A DNA stretch of 64,000 nt, from the IMG/VR virus record IMGVR_UViG_3300027769_000918, positions 27,482 through 91,481 of that record, one strand, 5' to 3'. Within the stretch, counting starts at the first letter, position 1. Every line of letters begins with the position of its first letter. Below are positions 19,869 to 32,563 of the stretch, one piece after another. The notes under the pieces were generated by a model. It saw only the letters and a program-made list of their open reading frames with translations. It was not told where the DNA came from and ran no database searches. The position numbers and the translations under genes were made by a program. Origin of the DNA: a virus.

Positions 19869-21686
19869 CTAAATATTGGCAGACTGATATTCAGTATTGT
19901 TAATTAAATAGGCAGTTGAGTCATTCCCTAAGACAGATTCCGATATAGAAAAAGAGGTATCTGAAACAGAAAGTACATACTGCCTAGTATAGAGCTGATA
20001 ATGAACTGTAGCCTGCGATGAATTTAAAGCCTCTGGGTATATTGCTATATTGCTATATACATTTGCTCCGCCTGATTTTGACCCGTCTTGGTTATAGTTA
20101 AACCTGGTATTGCTTGTTGCCTGTGAATTAAGCACAAGAATAATATGGTGGGGCATTCCATTTGTTAAAAATGAGGATATATTTGTAGAAGAGGTGTGAT
20201 CTACTCCATTAACATATATTGCAGATATCCCAGACTTTGTAATGGATCCCAAAGAATTCCATTCAAATATTTTTGTATTACTTGAATAAAGAACATTCTG
20301 TCCAGATACTGGGGTAAATATCATTTCTACAGTTCTGTAAGGGTTTGCTGAATCTAAGTTAATTCCTCCGCCATCAAGCATTCTTAAACCATTGTAGTCG
20401 TTATAGGAAATAATTGGGTGGTTATACCTTGATAGAGAATAGTCTTTATCTGAATATATTTTGTCGCTTGAGTTATCTGCATAGAAATCAAGGTTTGAAA
20501 AAAAGTCTAGTGACAGGGATCTAAAAATAGGCAAATCTGTAGATGTGTTAGATGAAGACATTGTGACTTTTAAATAAAGCAGTCCGCTGGTTATGCCGTC
20601 ATTTTTATTAAAATATGGAACTGGGCTATTATTCTTACATGCTTGCCATGTTATGTTATCTCTACTTACTTGAACAACAATGTTTTCAACATCATCATCC
20701 CATGATATTTGTGAACTGGTAACGTCTAGAGATGAAGGTATAATTATTGTTTCAGTAAATGTAAAAGTTTTTGTTGCTGCCTCAGATGTCTCTAGGAAAG
20801 TTATGTAATCTCCACTTGTTGAAACTACAACATTTTCATCTGCAATCTGATCCCATGTTTTTGTGCCTGGGTAGTAGTACCTTGCAACGGGACGAATTTT
20901 TGAATGATTTAAACTAAACAAATATCCGCCGTCTGGGTAAACTATCTGCGAGTAATCTAGTTCTTTTATTCCTTGCTGGTAATGCAATGCTATTTTTGAA
21001 TTAGACAAATTGTATCTATAAAAAGCAACAGAATCTATAACAAAATAATTATTTGTTGGGGCAGGGCCAGTAATAAATGCAGTGCTTGTGTTTGTAAATA
21101 ATACATTGTTTAATTGTCTTGATGCAACCATTAAACCATTAAAATAAAGAGACAGAGAATTTTTATTATAGGATGCTACTATATGCATTGCTTTATTATT
21201 TGAAGCTTTATATCTTAATATATTAGAATAAACCTTAAATACAACATCTCCATTTTGATAGTATATGCCAATTTCGGAATCTGTGTCTGCAACTATTGGT
21301 ACAGCAGAACTACTTGCATTTGGTAGTTTTACCCATGCTTCTATTGAAAATGGGTTGTCTGAATAGTATTTATTTGCAAGTCCTGGCGTATCGTAGAAAA
21401 TAGTTGTTTCATTAGAAATTAATGTTCCGTATATTCCGCCTGCTACAAGTGGCATTATTTTGGATCCAGATATTCCAGAAACAGCTCCATTATTATTGTT
21501 ACCTGAATAATCTAATACCGCTTGTCCAGATATGGATTCATATGAAGTAAATGCATCTCTTACTGCTTGATATGTAGGGTATGAAGAAATTAACTGGTTA
21601 TAATAATCTATTGTGCCAGACTTTACTTCATCCAAAGTATAATATGAAAGGGGGAAGTCTGCCAGTACTGTTCTGTAGTAAGACAT
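19869..21686 (-). CDS. LamG / concanavalin-like virion protein
   Basis: 'VLADFPLSYYTLDE', 'FSIEAWVK', 'HIVASY', 'IDSVAFY' LamG signature. Confidence 0.75.
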   Translation of the reverse strand: MSYYRTVLADFPLSYYTLDEVKSGTIDYYNQLISSYPTYQAVRDAFTSYESISGQAVLDYSGNNNNGAVSGISGSKIMPLVAGGIYGTLISNETTIFYDTPGLANKYYSDNPFSIEAWVKLPNASSSAVPIVADTDSEIGIYYQNGDVVFKVYSNILRYKASNNKAMHIVASYNKNSLSLYFNGLMVASRQLNNVLFTNTSTAFITGPAPTNNYFVIDSVAFYRYNLSNSKIALHYQQGIKELDYSQIVYPDGGYLFSLNHSKIRPVARYYYPGTKTWDQIADENVVVSTSGDYITFLETSEAATKTFTFTETIIIPSSLDVTSSQISWDDDVENIVVQVSRDNITWQACKNNSPVPYFNKNDGITSGLLYLKVTMSSSNTSTDLPIFRSLSLDFFSNLDFYADNSSDKIYSDKDYSLSRYNHPIISYNDYNGLRMLDGGGINLDSANPYRTVEMIFTPVSGQNVLYSSNTKIFEWNSLGSITKSGISAIYVNGVDHTSSTNISSFLTNGMPHHIILVLNSQATSNTRFNYNQDGSKSGGANVYSNIAIYPEALNSSQATVHYQLYTRQYVLSVSDTSFSISESVLGNDSTAYLINNTEYQSANI

Positions 21687-21708
21687 TATTTAACCCCCAA
21701 TCATATTA

Positions 21709-21906
21709 TTAAAGTGCTGCTATTTGTGTTTGCTTTTCAGCAATTGCTGCATTAAGTGCTGCTACTGTTTCTGAAACAGGCTCTGCTTTTGCATTTTCTG
21801 CAATAAGCTGTACCTCTAATGAATACATTGCGTACTCTAGGTTTCTAATTTCAGATTGCTTGATTGCAGCTTTTTCATCATCTGTTAGTATTGTATATGT
21901 TGCCAT
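21709..21906 (-). CDS. small coiled-coil protein
   Basis: 65 aa, GGAGGA RBS. Confidence 0.6.
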   Translation of the reverse strand: MATYTILTDDEKAAIKQSEIRNLEYAMYSLEVQLIAENAKAEPVSETVAALNAAIAEKQTQIAAL

Positions 21907-21919
21907 TTTATCCTCCTTG

Positions 21920-22132
21920 TTAATTTAATGAAGCTTTTAAATTGAGTAGTGCCTCAATTTGCAACATTAATTCTGATTTTTGTATACCATAATATTCTAT
22001 AGCCGAGATTGTTACTTGGCCCTCGTCTTCCCCTACGGGGAGAGAAATAACAGCATTTATCTTATCTATTCTACCATTTATAAAATTAATTTGATCTTGT
22101 ATTATTCTAGCCTTATCGTTGACAGTAATCAT
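21920..22132 (-). CDS. small coiled-coil protein
   Basis: Probable start at the TAATG overlap (MITVNDK...); similar layout to 21709..21906. Confidence 0.55.
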   Translation of the reverse strand: MITVNDKARIIQDQINFINGRIDKINAVISLPVGEDEGQVTISAIEYYGIQKSELMLQIEALLNLKASLN

Positions 22133-23724
22133 TATACCCAACCACTCCAAGGTCCATAGTAAGTCAACCCGTCTTTTCCAGTAACGTATCCTCTAACTCT
22201 TAGGTATCTTGCAGATGTTGTAAAGGTTAAATCCCCGTCTATGGTTCCAACTCTATAGTTCCAAGCGGTGTTAAATCCGAGGGAGCTGTCATAAACATTT
22301 CTAGTTGACGTTGTATATGTTTTTGTTCCAGAAGCTGTTGTTGATCCTCCTGAAGTTGAGTTTACTGTTCTGATGATCCATTCATAGTTAACATTCCCAT
22401 TATAGTCTCCAGATGCCGATACGTTATCCCATCCCCAGTTTATTTGAGAGCTAGCGTTTCTTCTATCAAAAATAATATATCCTATTGAATTAACAGTTGG
22501 TGTTATATATGGAACTGGGCCAACTTCATTTGATGAAACTCTACTTGAAGTTCCTCCGCCATTTGTTGCGTCTGCAAAAGCTTTGTAATAAAATCCTGCA
22601 TCACTTGATGGAATTGTGTATGAAAGATTTGCCCCTGTTGTGTTACTTGCAACTGTTGTTTCACTAAATATAACGTTTGCCGTTCCACGAATAATTCTAA
22701 AATCATAAGATGTTGGAGAATTTGTAAAACCAGAAACCTGTGCGGTAATTGTAGACCCTTGCGTAACTGAACTTGCTGTCCAGCTTACAGAACCAGCAAC
22801 TGGGGCTGGTTGAACTAGCGTTCCAGCTCCACCAGTATATCCAGAATATTTTGTTGTACAAGATATTCCAGTGCCAGATGCTCCGTAGCCCTGTGATCCA
22901 CCTGATGTTTTTGGATAAACAGTAATAGTGTTTGTATTTGTATTTCCTGGGTTATAAGAATAAGAGGTGCTTGTTGTGTTTGTAGTGTAGCTTCCATTTA
23001 TGTATATATCATAAGATGAAGCTCCAGAAGCTGCTGACCATGATGCGGAGTGTATGTAGTTTGTGTTTATTGATCTAATAAAAACAGCAACACTGCCCGC
23101 AGTTCCACTTCCAGATGTGAATGTTTGAGAGCCTGGGTTTATTGTTACAGATCCGTTTGTTGTATATCCATCATAAGATGTTGCACTAGATCCTGCAGTC
23201 CAACTACCAGAATATGTTAAATTTGATACGTTAACAGTAACTGAACCTGGTGCTGTAGGGGTAACTGTTGCATCGGAACTTGAAACAGAAGAAAGCACTG
23301 GAAGTATTAATGTTCCTGTAGTTAAATTTAGCGGTGTTGTTCCTCTATTATTTGAAGCAAAAACCTTTACTCCTATAATCTTATCAATATCAGATACTGT
23401 TGTTTGATATAGATTACCTGTTGCGCCTGGTATATCAACTCCGCTTCTTGTCCATTGATAAGAATATGATGTTGGAATATAAGCGTCATCTGAATTCCAT
23501 GTTCCAGTTGACACTTGATAGATACATCCTAGTCTTCCACTTAAACCAGAATTAACTGTTATAGAGGGGCCTATTGAATTTTGTGGGAACTCTGGATAAT
23601 ATAAAATCCAGGAGGATCCGTTATATATCCATCCTTGTCTTGCTGAAGACCATGCTGATCCATTATAAATTTTTAATGATCTTTGATTATACCAGGCGTC
23701 ATTGGCATATGCTCTTATACTCAT
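22132..23724 (-). CDS. Ig/FN3-like repeat fibre protein
   Basis: Ser/Thr-rich beta domains: 'PTSYSYQWTRSG', 'SWSAASGASSYDIY', C-terminal 'YGPWSGW'. Confidence 0.65.
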   Translation of the reverse strand: MSIRAYANDAWYNQRSLKIYNGSAWSSARQGWIYNGSSWILYYPEFPQNSIGPSITVNSGLSGRLGCIYQVSTGTWNSDDAYIPTSYSYQWTRSGVDIPGATGNLYQTTVSDIDKIIGVKVFASNNRGTTPLNLTTGTLILPVLSSVSSSDATVTPTAPGSVTVNVSNLTYSGSWTAGSSATSYDGYTTNGSVTINPGSQTFTSGSGTAGSVAVFIRSINTNYIHSASWSAASGASSYDIYINGSYTTNTTSTSYSYNPGNTNTNTITVYPKTSGGSQGYGASGTGISCTTKYSGYTGGAGTLVQPAPVAGSVSWTASSVTQGSTITAQVSGFTNSPTSYDFRIIRGTANVIFSETTVASNTTGANLSYTIPSSDAGFYYKAFADATNGGGTSSRVSSNEVGPVPYITPTVNSIGYIIFDRRNASSQINWGWDNVSASGDYNGNVNYEWIIRTVNSTSGGSTTASGTKTYTTSTRNVYDSSLGFNTAWNYRVGTIDGDLTFTTSARYLRVRGYVTGKDGLTYYGPWSGWV

Positions 23725-23732
23725 TTGCGCTC

Positions 23733-24956
<1,224 letters not shown>

Positions 24957-24958
24957 TT

Positions 24959-26026
24959 TTAAATTATACCACTTTCACGGTTCTGAGCGGCATGATAAAA
25001 GCCTAAGTTATCATGCAATCTTTGATCGTCACATAAAGAAATAGCTATTTCACCTTGCTTTGAAGCCTCTTCATAATTGCCTAAATTATAGTTAGCTAGG
25101 GCAAGTAAATCATGTGGCTTCCAGCCCCAGGCCTCTGATTCACAAAAATATCCTAAAAACTTTTCTTTTATATCTAAGGCTAGCGATGCATATTCTTTTA
25201 CCTTGTGCCAGTCCGATATCTCGTAAAAATGTTGAGCTAGATCTACAAAAGGCTCTCTTCTTTCTGGGCATTCTGCAATAGCAAGTCTTAACCAATACTC
25301 TTTGTTTTCTGGCTCACACTTTGCAATATATCTCATAGACTCGCATCTTTCTGGTTTCCAGAAAGCTGAGGGTAGCGATAAGTGTCTTTTAAATTCATCT
25401 GCAGACTCTTTATATCTGGCGTAATAAAATAGTTCTCTTGCATAATAATGTGCACATCTGTCGCTTGTTGGATCTTCCTGTGCTGCCATTTGCAATAAAG
25501 GAAGATACTGTCCTCTAGATTTGTTATTGTCTGGATGATGGTAAATTTTAATATCTACATTTTGTCTTACTTCTTCTATTCCATAAAATGCAACAGATTC
25601 ATGAATTGGATATTTCCATCTATGTCCGTGTCTTGAATGAATTCTTAATGCATCAAATTCAACACCTGGATTCCCATTTGCATCAAATGAAGTAACTAGT
25701 CTATGTATTGGTCTTGTTACTGTAGAAGGAAGTTTTTCTAATTCTTCCCTCCAACCTTCTGATAAAACCTCATCCATATCTAAAGATATACAGTAGTCTA
25801 TATCTGATGGAATTAATGCAAGAGCTGCATTTCTAGCATCATCAAATCGCCAGGGGGCCACAGATATAGAGTGAACTTCTATACCTAAATGTGATGCTAT
25901 TTCTTTTGTTTTATCGGTTGATCCTGTATCTGCAATTAATAAATAATCCGCATCTTGTGCAGATTCATACCAACGCTTAACAAATTGCTCTTCATTTAAA
26001 GCAACTGTATATACTGCTATTTTCAT
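24959..26026 (-). CDS. GT2 glycosyltransferase with a TPR-like C-terminus
   Basis: Probable start [13 protein letters not shown]; 'DTGSTD', 'FDDARN', 'SLDMDE', 'IHE' GT2 motifs; lies between two collagen genes. Confidence 0.85.
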   Translation of the reverse strand: MKIAVYTVALNEEQFVKRWYESAQDADYLLIADTGSTDKTKEIASHLGIEVHSISVAPWRFDDARNAALALIPSDIDYCISLDMDEVLSEGWREELEKLPSTVTRPIHRLVTSFDANGNPGVEFDALRIHSRHGHRWKYPIHESVAFYGIEEVRQNVDIKIYHHPDNNKSRGQYLPLLQMAAQEDPTSDRCAHYYARELFYYARYKESADEFKRHLSLPSAFWKPERCESMRYIAKCEPENKEYWLRLAIAECPERREPFVDLAQHFYEISDWHKVKEYASLALDIKEKFLGYFCESEAWGWKPHDLLALANYNLGNYEEASKQGEIAISLCDDQRLHDNLGFYHAAQNRESGII

Positions 26027-26043
26027 TAGTCTCCGACTTTTAT

Positions 26044-28413
26044 TTAGCCAATTATGGTGATGACACCTGTCATAGGAGCATGGAACTGACAAATATAGTA
26101 TAGCGTAGAAGGAGCGGTTGCGTCAACAGTAAATGTAATTCCACCGACATCATCTCCATTATTTGTAACACCAGTATTATAGGCATCTGTAATACCTGTA
26201 GTTTGTGAAGTTTTAATCCAGAACGGGTGACCTGAAGCGTTTACAGTAAAGAAATAAGTTTGTCCTCTTACTAAAGTTAAAGATTTATTATTTGTTCCGT
26301 CAACAGTGTAAGCTCCTGTGCCTAAATTTGTTACTTGAAAATTTTGAACTATGCTTATTCCTGTAGGACCTGTAGGACCCCCCGAAGGTCCCGTTGCTCC
26401 TGTTGGTCCCGTAGGGCCTTGAAGTCCTGCACCTGTTGCGCCTGTTGCACCTGTTGCGCCTGCTGGTCCTGTTGCTCCTGCTGCGCCTGTTGGTCCTGTT
26501 GCGCCTTGTATACTAGATCCGTTTGCACCAGTAGGTCCTGTTGCTCCTGCTACGCCTGTTGGTCCTGTTGCGCCTACTGACCCTGTTGGACCTGTAGGGC
26601 CTTGAATGCTTCCTACATTTGTCCAGCTTGTTCCAGTCCATACGTATAACTGTCCAACTACCAAATACCCATCACCCAGAGATCCTGATGGACGTGCTGC
26701 TATAAGTGCTGCTTCTGTTGGATATGAGCCTAATATTCTTACAGATGTTCCATCGGCTCCTGTTGGTCCTGTTGCGCCTGTTATGCTTAATCCTGTTGGG
26801 CCTGTAGGGCCTGCTACTGTGCTTGCTGCTCCAGTAGCGCCTGTTGCGCCTGTTGCGCCTGTTGCGCCTTGTGTTAAAACAAAATTTAAAACTAAATCTG
26901 TATTAGTTCCTGAATTAGTTATAGATGGAACTCCTAATGGCCCTGTGCCAGTTACTGTTCCTAGTGTAATAGTTGTTGGGCCTGCTGGTCCTGTTGCACC
27001 TGTAGGGCCTTGCTTAAGAGTAAAATCTAAAATTGCTGCGCCGCTAGTTCCACTATTTCCAACTAATGCATTACCTGTTGGTCCTGTTGATGTTACTGTT
27101 CCTATTGAAACTGTTGCTGGATTTCCTGTTGGGCCTGTAGGACCTAGTGGTCCCTGTTGTAGAACAAAATCAAACACTCCGACACTGCTAGTTCCTGAAT
27201 TTGTTACAGATGGTGTTCCAGTTGGTCCTGTTGATGTTATTGTTCCTATTGAAATAGTTGCTGGACCAGTTGCTCCAGTCGGACCTTGAAATTGTCCTGC
27301 ATCTAACCAGGTTGTTCCATCCCAAACATACAAATGTAAATCCGCTAAAACAATCCATGAATCACCCGATGTGTTTCCAGATGCTGGGAGAGCAGAAACT
27401 GTAGATTTTGTTCCTTTAATATTAATTGATCTACCCGCTGCACCTGTTGCGCCTGTTGAACCTGTTGAGCCCGTAGGTCCTGTTGCACCTGTTGAGCCTG
27501 TAGGTCCTTTGTATGTTCCACCATTTTGCCATGCGGTTCCATTATAAATATATATTTCTTGTGTTGAAGAAATAATATACGCTGCACCTAGTGCTGCATT
27601 TACTGGTAAATCAGATACCTGTGCTACTACGGTTTCAAGCCTTAATCCTTGTCCTTGTGCACCTGTTGCACCTGTTGCGCCTGTTGCGCCTGCTGAGCCT
27701 GTCGCACCTGTTGGTCCTACTGCTCCATTTGTGCCAGACGTGCCAGATGTTCCTGGATTTCCAGTTACAGCAAACACCCAATCAGAATAAGTTCCTGTTC
27801 CATTTTTTGCATCTACTGCAACAGTTATACTTACATTTTTTACAACCTGTGTAATAATTCCTTCAACATATGTTGTTAAAGCAAGAGGATTAATAACACG
27901 AACACGCTGTCCTGCTGTATATGCACCGCTATTATTTACATAAAATACTTTTGATCCTGTGGTGACTGGATTTGTTGTTATTGATGTTACATCTGAATAT
28001 CCAGCTCCTGATGCTCCAGTAGTTCCTCCGCCAGTTCCTCCTCCTGAAAGAGTTCCTGAAAGATCTACTCCAGATATTGTTAAAGAATAACAATTTGGTG
28101 TTGTTGTAACTGCTGCAATTGATTCTCCAGCATTTAAAATTAATGAATGCTCTAGTTTAAGAGTTGTATTATTTTGAACATTGACATTTCCATAAAGGGT
28201 ATATTGGTCTAAACTTGATCTATTTACGTTGTATAGGTTAAGGACCTGGTCTCCATTTTCACCTAGCAAGAATATGCTAAATGGCAGTGTAGAGCCACTA
28301 AAATTAGTTACCGTAAACTCTTTAATAATTATAGTTGATACAGCTGTGTATATTTTAGCTGGTGATGCTGGGATTAATGTTGGCCCTGCAAATCTAATTG
28401 GAGCATATGACAT
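26044..28413 (-). CDS. collagen-like fibre with an N-terminal adaptor domain and a C-terminal cupredoxin-like domain
   Basis: G-x-T repeats; C-terminal 'GHPFWI...[13 protein letters not shown]'. Confidence 0.75.
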   Translation of the reverse strand: MSYAPIRFAGPTLIPASPAKIYTAVSTIIIKEFTVTNFSGSTLPFSIFLLGENGDQVLNLYNVNRSSLDQYTLYGNVNVQNNTTLKLEHSLILNAGESIAAVTTTPNCYSLTISGVDLSGTLSGGGTGGGTTGASGAGYSDVTSITTNPVTTGSKVFYVNNSGAYTAGQRVRVINPLALTTYVEGIITQVVKNVSITVAVDAKNGTGTYSDWVFAVTGNPGTSGTSGTNGAVGPTGATGSAGATGATGATGAQGQGLRLETVVAQVSDLPVNAALGAAYIISSTQEIYIYNGTAWQNGGTYKGPTGSTGATGPTGSTGSTGATGAAGRSINIKGTKSTVSALPASGNTSGDSWIVLADLHLYVWDGTTWLDAGQFQGPTGATGPATISIGTITSTGPTGTPSVTNSGTSSVGVFDFVLQQGPLGPTGPTGNPATVSIGTVTSTGPTGNALVGNSGTSGAAILDFTLKQGPTGATGPAGPTTITLGTVTGTGPLGVPSITNSGTNTDLVLNFVLTQGATGATGATGATGAASTVAGPTGPTGLSITGATGPTGADGTSVRILGSYPTEAALIAARPSGSLGDGYLVVGQLYVWTGTSWTNVGSIQGPTGPTGSVGATGPTGVAGATGPTGANGSSIQGATGPTGAAGATGPAGATGATGATGAGLQGPTGPTGATGPSGGPTGPTGISIVQNFQVTNLGTGAYTVDGTNNKSLTLVRGQTYFFTVNASGHPFWIKTSQTTGITDAYNTGVTNNGDDVGGITFTVDATAPSTLYYICQFHAPMTGVITIIG

Positions 28414-28427
28414 ACTTTAAATCCCCC

Positions 28428-29144
28428 TTAGACTATAGACCACTTAGATATTAGATCTTTTTCAACAGTTTCATATTCTGCAAACTGCAAAGCTCTATCG
28501 TAAATTAAGAATTCTCCAATTTTAAAATTGCCAAAAGATGAAACATATCTGCCAATTGCTTGTCCAGTCATTGAAGCTACTGGTCCACCTGTTACTGCAC
28601 GTGAAACTTCAACTCTATTTCTTCTTACAATTCTTTGATTATTTGATGAGTCAAAAACAATTGTATAAATTTCTGTTGTGCCTGATGCTGCTGCGGTAAC
28701 AATAGAACCTTGGTCGTCATTATAGAATCCAACCCTGTGTGTATTACTTGTTAAATTTCCTGCAAAAAGATTTGTTCTTGTGCCTGTGTTAGTTCCACCA
28801 AATAACCATGTATTAGCGTTTGCTGGTTTTGAAGCTACATAAATAATAGTAAATGATCTTCCAGCAATATATGCCAGGGTTTGATCTGAGAATGTCATAA
28901 AATCATCTGTGCCATCAAATTGAAGAGCTCCTAAGCCGCCTAATCCAGTTGCCTGAAAGAGAGGCTTATTTGCTTGAGTTGCTTGAACCATGTGGCGTTG
29001 TGCGCCTGATTTATCATTCCATGCCTGAACAAAATTAGATCCATCTCTAATTACTGTGCCAGGAAGTGCTGCGTCTAGATGCAGTCTTAAGCCTAATGTT
29101 GTAAATCTAGCTCTACGAAAATTTGAACGCTGGTTAGGTAGCAA
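28428..29144 (-). CDS. LamG-like lectin domain protein
   Basis: 'LHLDAA...VQAWNDKSG...FDGTDD...IGEFLIYDRAL...LISKW'; TTG start. Confidence 0.7.
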   Translation of the reverse strand: MLPNQRSNFRRARFTTLGLRLHLDAALPGTVIRDGSNFVQAWNDKSGAQRHMVQATQANKPLFQATGLGGLGALQFDGTDDFMTFSDQTLAYIAGRSFTIIYVASKPANANTWLFGGTNTGTRTNLFAGNLTSNTHRVGFYNDDQGSIVTAAASGTTEIYTIVFDSSNNQRIVRRNRVEVSRAVTGGPVASMTGQAIGRYVSSFGNFKIGEFLIYDRALQFAEYETVEKDLISKWSIV

Positions 29145-29588
29145 TTATTTTTCCTCTGTTCCACCATAAACCACAGGCTTCTCTGGCCATGTAATCTCTG
29201 ATACATTTGAATATTCTTTTAATAGATTAAGCTTTTCTCTATACTTTACCCACGCTTCTTTATCTTTTGCAGATAAATCTGACTTAGTTTCAAGTCCTTC
29301 TGTAGATATTAATTCAAAATCAATATGCGCCAGCAAAATATCTTTTTGATCATCTTCAGATATAGGTTGCACTTCAACATTATAAACTTTTTTGCTTCTA
29401 ATGTATGGTGTGCATGGAACTAATTTTTCAGTATTTGAGTCATAGTCTAAATCTGTAACTACTGGATATAGGTCGTTTTCTTTTATAAAGTCCCCATAGT
29501 CGCCGCTAGAAGGAAATGAAGTATTAGGAAATAATACTGTTATTTCACCAACATTGATGACTTCGTTATCCTTGACTATTGCGTACAT
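29145..29588 (-). CDS. tail fibre assembly chaperone-like protein
   Basis: C-terminal 'AWVKYREKL...ITWPEKP'. Confidence 0.65.
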   Translation of the reverse strand: MYAIVKDNEVINVGEITVLFPNTSFPSSGDYGDFIKENDLYPVVTDLDYDSNTEKLVPCTPYIRSKKVYNVEVQPISEDDQKDILLAHIDFELISTEGLETKSDLSAKDKEAWVKYREKLNLLKEYSNVSEITWPEKPVVYGGTEEK

Positions 29589-29606
29589 GGGTTCCCCTTT
29601 TAATTA

Positions 29607-30044
29607 TTAAATAAATAGATCAGCGAATGCGTATCCGCCGTAAACGGTTGTTCCACCGTCTTTTGTGTAGAAGTTCAAAAGTGTTGTATTTGTAGATAGA
29701 AGTGGTGCTACGTTTGCAGCTCCGCCACCATCCCACTTAACAACTCCTGGCCATGTAATTGTATATGAACCGCCAGCCTTAATCTCAACTTGCCAAAAAG
29801 CAGCTTTCGCTGTTGATGGAAAGCCAGTGAATGCTACTGTCATATTACCGTTTGCAATCATCTTAAATACACCAGCTTCTGACAAATTGCATGTAGCTGT
29901 TCCTCCAGCGTTGATTGTTCCTTTATCAGAAAATTCAACTGGGATGTTAAAGTATGTAAAACCTTGGCCATTAATTGGGGCCTGAAGGTATGTGTATGTC
30001 CACAAAGATGGTGTAACAGCTTGTGGGCTCATTGATACTGGCAT
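29607..30044 (-). CDS. fibre-associated beta protein
   Basis: 'TITWPGVVKW...FYTKDGGTTVYG' motif seen in phage fibre domains. Confidence 0.55.
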   Translation of the reverse strand: MPVSMSPQAVTPSLWTYTYLQAPINGQGFTYFNIPVEFSDKGTINAGGTATCNLSEAGVFKMIANGNMTVAFTGFPSTAKAAFWQVEIKAGGSYTITWPGVVKWDGGGAANVAPLLSTNTTLLNFYTKDGGTTVYGGYAFADLFI

Positions 30045-30071
30045 TTTATTCTCCTTTTATTTCTTTAATTA

Positions 30072-31004
30072 TTAAGCTTTTACGTAATAAGTAATCTTAC
30101 AGATTCCTGAGCCGCCAGTGTTACCTTGTCCTGCGCCACCACCTGAACCTGTATTTGGTTGAGCGTTTGCACCTGTTGATCCGTAGTATTCTCCGCCACC
30201 ATTGCCACCTCCGCATGCGCCTGCTCCACCGACTCCTCTTGCAGAACCTCCGCCTCCTCCAGCAATTCCATAGAGTCCTTCTCCACCGTTTCCACCTAAT
30301 GAATATCTACCGCTGTCTCCGTGTGCACAGCCTTGGCCTCCGCTTGAAGAACCTTCTGAAGGATATCTAGTTCCTCCGTGGTATCCAGCATAGCCACCGC
30401 TGTTTTGAAAACGTACGTCAGCATTATGCCCACCTTGGTTTGCTCCGCCTCCGCCGCCTCCGCCGCCCCATGATGTTTGCCATGCGCCTTGGCCTCCGCC
30501 ACCAGAACCTATTCCTGTAATATTATCTGCTCCTGGCCCGCATGAACCAGATTGTCCATCTCCTTGAGTTGAACCTCCACCGTAAGCTACCATATAAAAT
30601 GGTTGGCCAGATGTTCCAAATGTTGAATTTCCGCCTTGTGCATTACAAGTACCACCGCTTGCAATTCCAATTGAAATTCCAGTTCCTACTGGTACTGATG
30701 ATATATTAAGAGTTCTTCTTAAAAGTTGTCCTGCTCCACCACCACCGTGGCCTGTTGAGCTGCTTGTACATCCCCCACCTCCACCGCCACCAACAAGAAT
30801 TACATCTACCATTGGAGCTGAGTTAGCAGGTCTTGTCCATGACCCACCAGAAAGTATATCTACGCTGTATGCATTGTAAAATCCTGATAAATTAGCAGCA
30901 ATTAAAGGAACAGCAACTGCTGTTGCCAATGTTTGAGTTACGTTTTTAATTTCTGTGTCTAGCCCTGGTACATAAATTTGATTAATAGTTCCGTAAGTTG
31001 CCAT
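30072..31004 (-). CDS. glycine-rich fibre-tip protein
   Basis: 'VDVILVGGGGGGG...GGSGICKITY' glycine-rich domain. Confidence 0.7.
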   Translation of the reverse strand: MATYGTINQIYVPGLDTEIKNVTQTLATAVAVPLIAANLSGFYNAYSVDILSGGSWTRPANSAPMVDVILVGGGGGGGCTSSSTGHGGGGAGQLLRRTLNISSVPVGTGISIGIASGGTCNAQGGNSTFGTSGQPFYMVAYGGGSTQGDGQSGSCGPGADNITGIGSGGGGQGAWQTSWGGGGGGGGANQGGHNADVRFQNSGGYAGYHGGTRYPSEGSSSGGQGCAHGDSGRYSLGGNGGEGLYGIAGGGGGSARGVGGAGACGGGNGGGEYYGSTGANAQPNTGSGGGAGQGNTGGSGICKITYYVKA

Positions 31005-31006
31005 TA

Positions 31007-31255
31007 TTATTTTACCTCGATTTCATATGTTGAATCTTCTAGTCTATCCTCTGGATTTGTTGGAATTACAGAAGCAGGAGCAATAAATTTATTTCCTTCT
31101 AATCTCCACATAATCCCTGGTTGTGGATCATACTCTGTAATTTCCATTCTTTCAAGTTGTCCAAAGTCTGGGTGGTTTGCAATAAAACTTTCTTCATCAC
31201 AAACAATAACATTACCAATTACATTATCTATTAATAGAGCCCAGTGTCTTGCCAT
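31007..31255 (-). CDS. small fibre-associated protein
   Basis: 'WALLIDNVIGNVIV...PGIMWRLEGNKFIAP', a family often found beside Gly-rich fibre genes. Confidence 0.55.
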   Translation of the reverse strand: MARHWALLIDNVIGNVIVCDEESFIANHPDFGQLERMEITEYDPQPGIMWRLEGNKFIAPASVIPTNPEDRLEDSTYEIEVK

Positions 31256-31257
31256 TA

Positions 31258-31551
31258 TTATTCTCCCTCTGCTTCATTTGGAGATGGCTTAAGTTCAGTT
31301 GTAAATGCATCTGCTGGAGCAACGTTCTCTTCTGCTGGAGCATTTGCTATAAATGGAAGAACCTTATTCCACTCTTCTGTTTCTCTATTGTAAGTCCAGG
31401 AAGGTGCTGGCTTATCATCGTAATCCCAGTCTGTGTAATCAAACCAAAGTAGATCTTTTAGATCTTCGTTTTCTTGAATTGATTCAACACTTCTTAAGTT
31501 TAAAAGGTTATAAATTGTTCCGTCTTCATTAATAAATACGTAATCTCTCAT
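31258..31551 (-). CDS. small fibre-associated protein
   Basis: 'YVFINEDGTIYN...WTYN', related in pattern to 31007..31255. Confidence 0.55.
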   Translation of the reverse strand: MRDYVFINEDGTIYNLLNLRSVESIQENEDLKDLLWFDYTDWDYDDKPAPSWTYNRETEEWNKVLPFIANAPAEENVAPADAFTTELKPSPNEAEGE

Positions 31552-31553
31552 AA

Positions 31554-32546
31554 TTATGCCTTAACGTAGTATGTAATAATAGCTACGCCGCTTCCTCCTT
31601 TATTACCGACACCATTTGATGTACAATTTCCTCCGCCACCTGAGCCAGTTCCGTCACGTCCTGCTCCACCAGCATTGTCTACTGTTCCATGACCTCCTGC
31701 GCCTCCGCCTGCTGATCCTGCTCCTGCGTGACCTCCGCCGCCTCCGCCTGCAATTCCATACATGCCTGGTCCACCCATTCCTCCGCCGAATGTCCATGTG
31801 GTCCAGCTGTGGTTTGTTCCTGTACCTCCGCCAGATGCTCCAGGCCCAAAACCAAATCCTCCAGGGTATCCTGGTGATCCTGTTCCATTACTTCCAGCAT
31901 GCGTTCTTGCTTGGAATCCTGGTCCGCCTGCTCCGCCTCCGCCTCCGCCAGCTCCTCTTTGCCACCAACCCATTGATCCTCCGCCTCCGCCTGAACCTCC
32001 ACCGTTAACATTTCCCATGCCAGCACCCATTGAACCAGAGTTTCCATTATTGCCTTGATTATTTGCTTGGCCTCCGCCGCCTCCTCCGTAAGCTATGCAA
32101 TAAAATGGTTGTCCGTTTACACCAAATGTTGAGTTTGAGCCATTGTTTCCGTTTGCGTTTGTGCTGCCAATTGCTGGTCCGCCCGCTCCAATTCCAACTG
32201 CAATTGTTCCGCCAACTGGAATAGATGAAACGTCTAACCATCTTTCAATTAGTTGTCCCGCTCCGCCTCCGCCTGAACCAACGTTATCCCATGAAACAGC
32301 AACTCCGCCTCCGCCGCCTCCGCCAACTAAAACCAATTTAATAACTGGTCCAGTATTGGCTGGTCTTGTCCAGTTACTGGAAGAATAAATTCTTTGTTCT
32401 AATGGTAGATACATAGAAGATACTCCACCTGCAGCAATTGCTTCTGCGGTAATACCAGCCTGTAACCCTTGTGTTACTGCAGCAGTAATTGTGGTTGTTA
32501 AGCCTGGCAAATAAGTTGACTGCGAGGTGCTAGAAACTTCTGACAT
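31554..32546 (-). CDS. glycine-rich fibre-tip protein (paralogue of 30072..31004)
   Basis: Shares 'YxPGL', 'WTRPAN', 'GQPFY..AYGGG' and the C-terminal 'ITYYVKA'. Confidence 0.75.
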   Translation of the reverse strand: MSEVSSTSQSTYLPGLTTTITAAVTQGLQAGITAEAIAAGGVSSMYLPLEQRIYSSSNWTRPANTGPVIKLVLVGGGGGGGVAVSWDNVGSGGGGAGQLIERWLDVSSIPVGGTIAVGIGAGGPAIGSTNANGNNGSNSTFGVNGQPFYCIAYGGGGGGQANNQGNNGNSGSMGAGMGNVNGGGSGGGGGSMGWWQRGAGGGGGGAGGPGFQARTHAGSNGTGSPGYPGGFGFGPGASGGGTGTNHSWTTWTFGGGMGGPGMYGIAGGGGGGHAGAGSAGGGAGGHGTVDNAGGAGRDGTGSGGGGNCTSNGVGNKGGSGVAIITYYVKA

Positions 32547-32563
32547 GTTATTACTCCCTTAAA

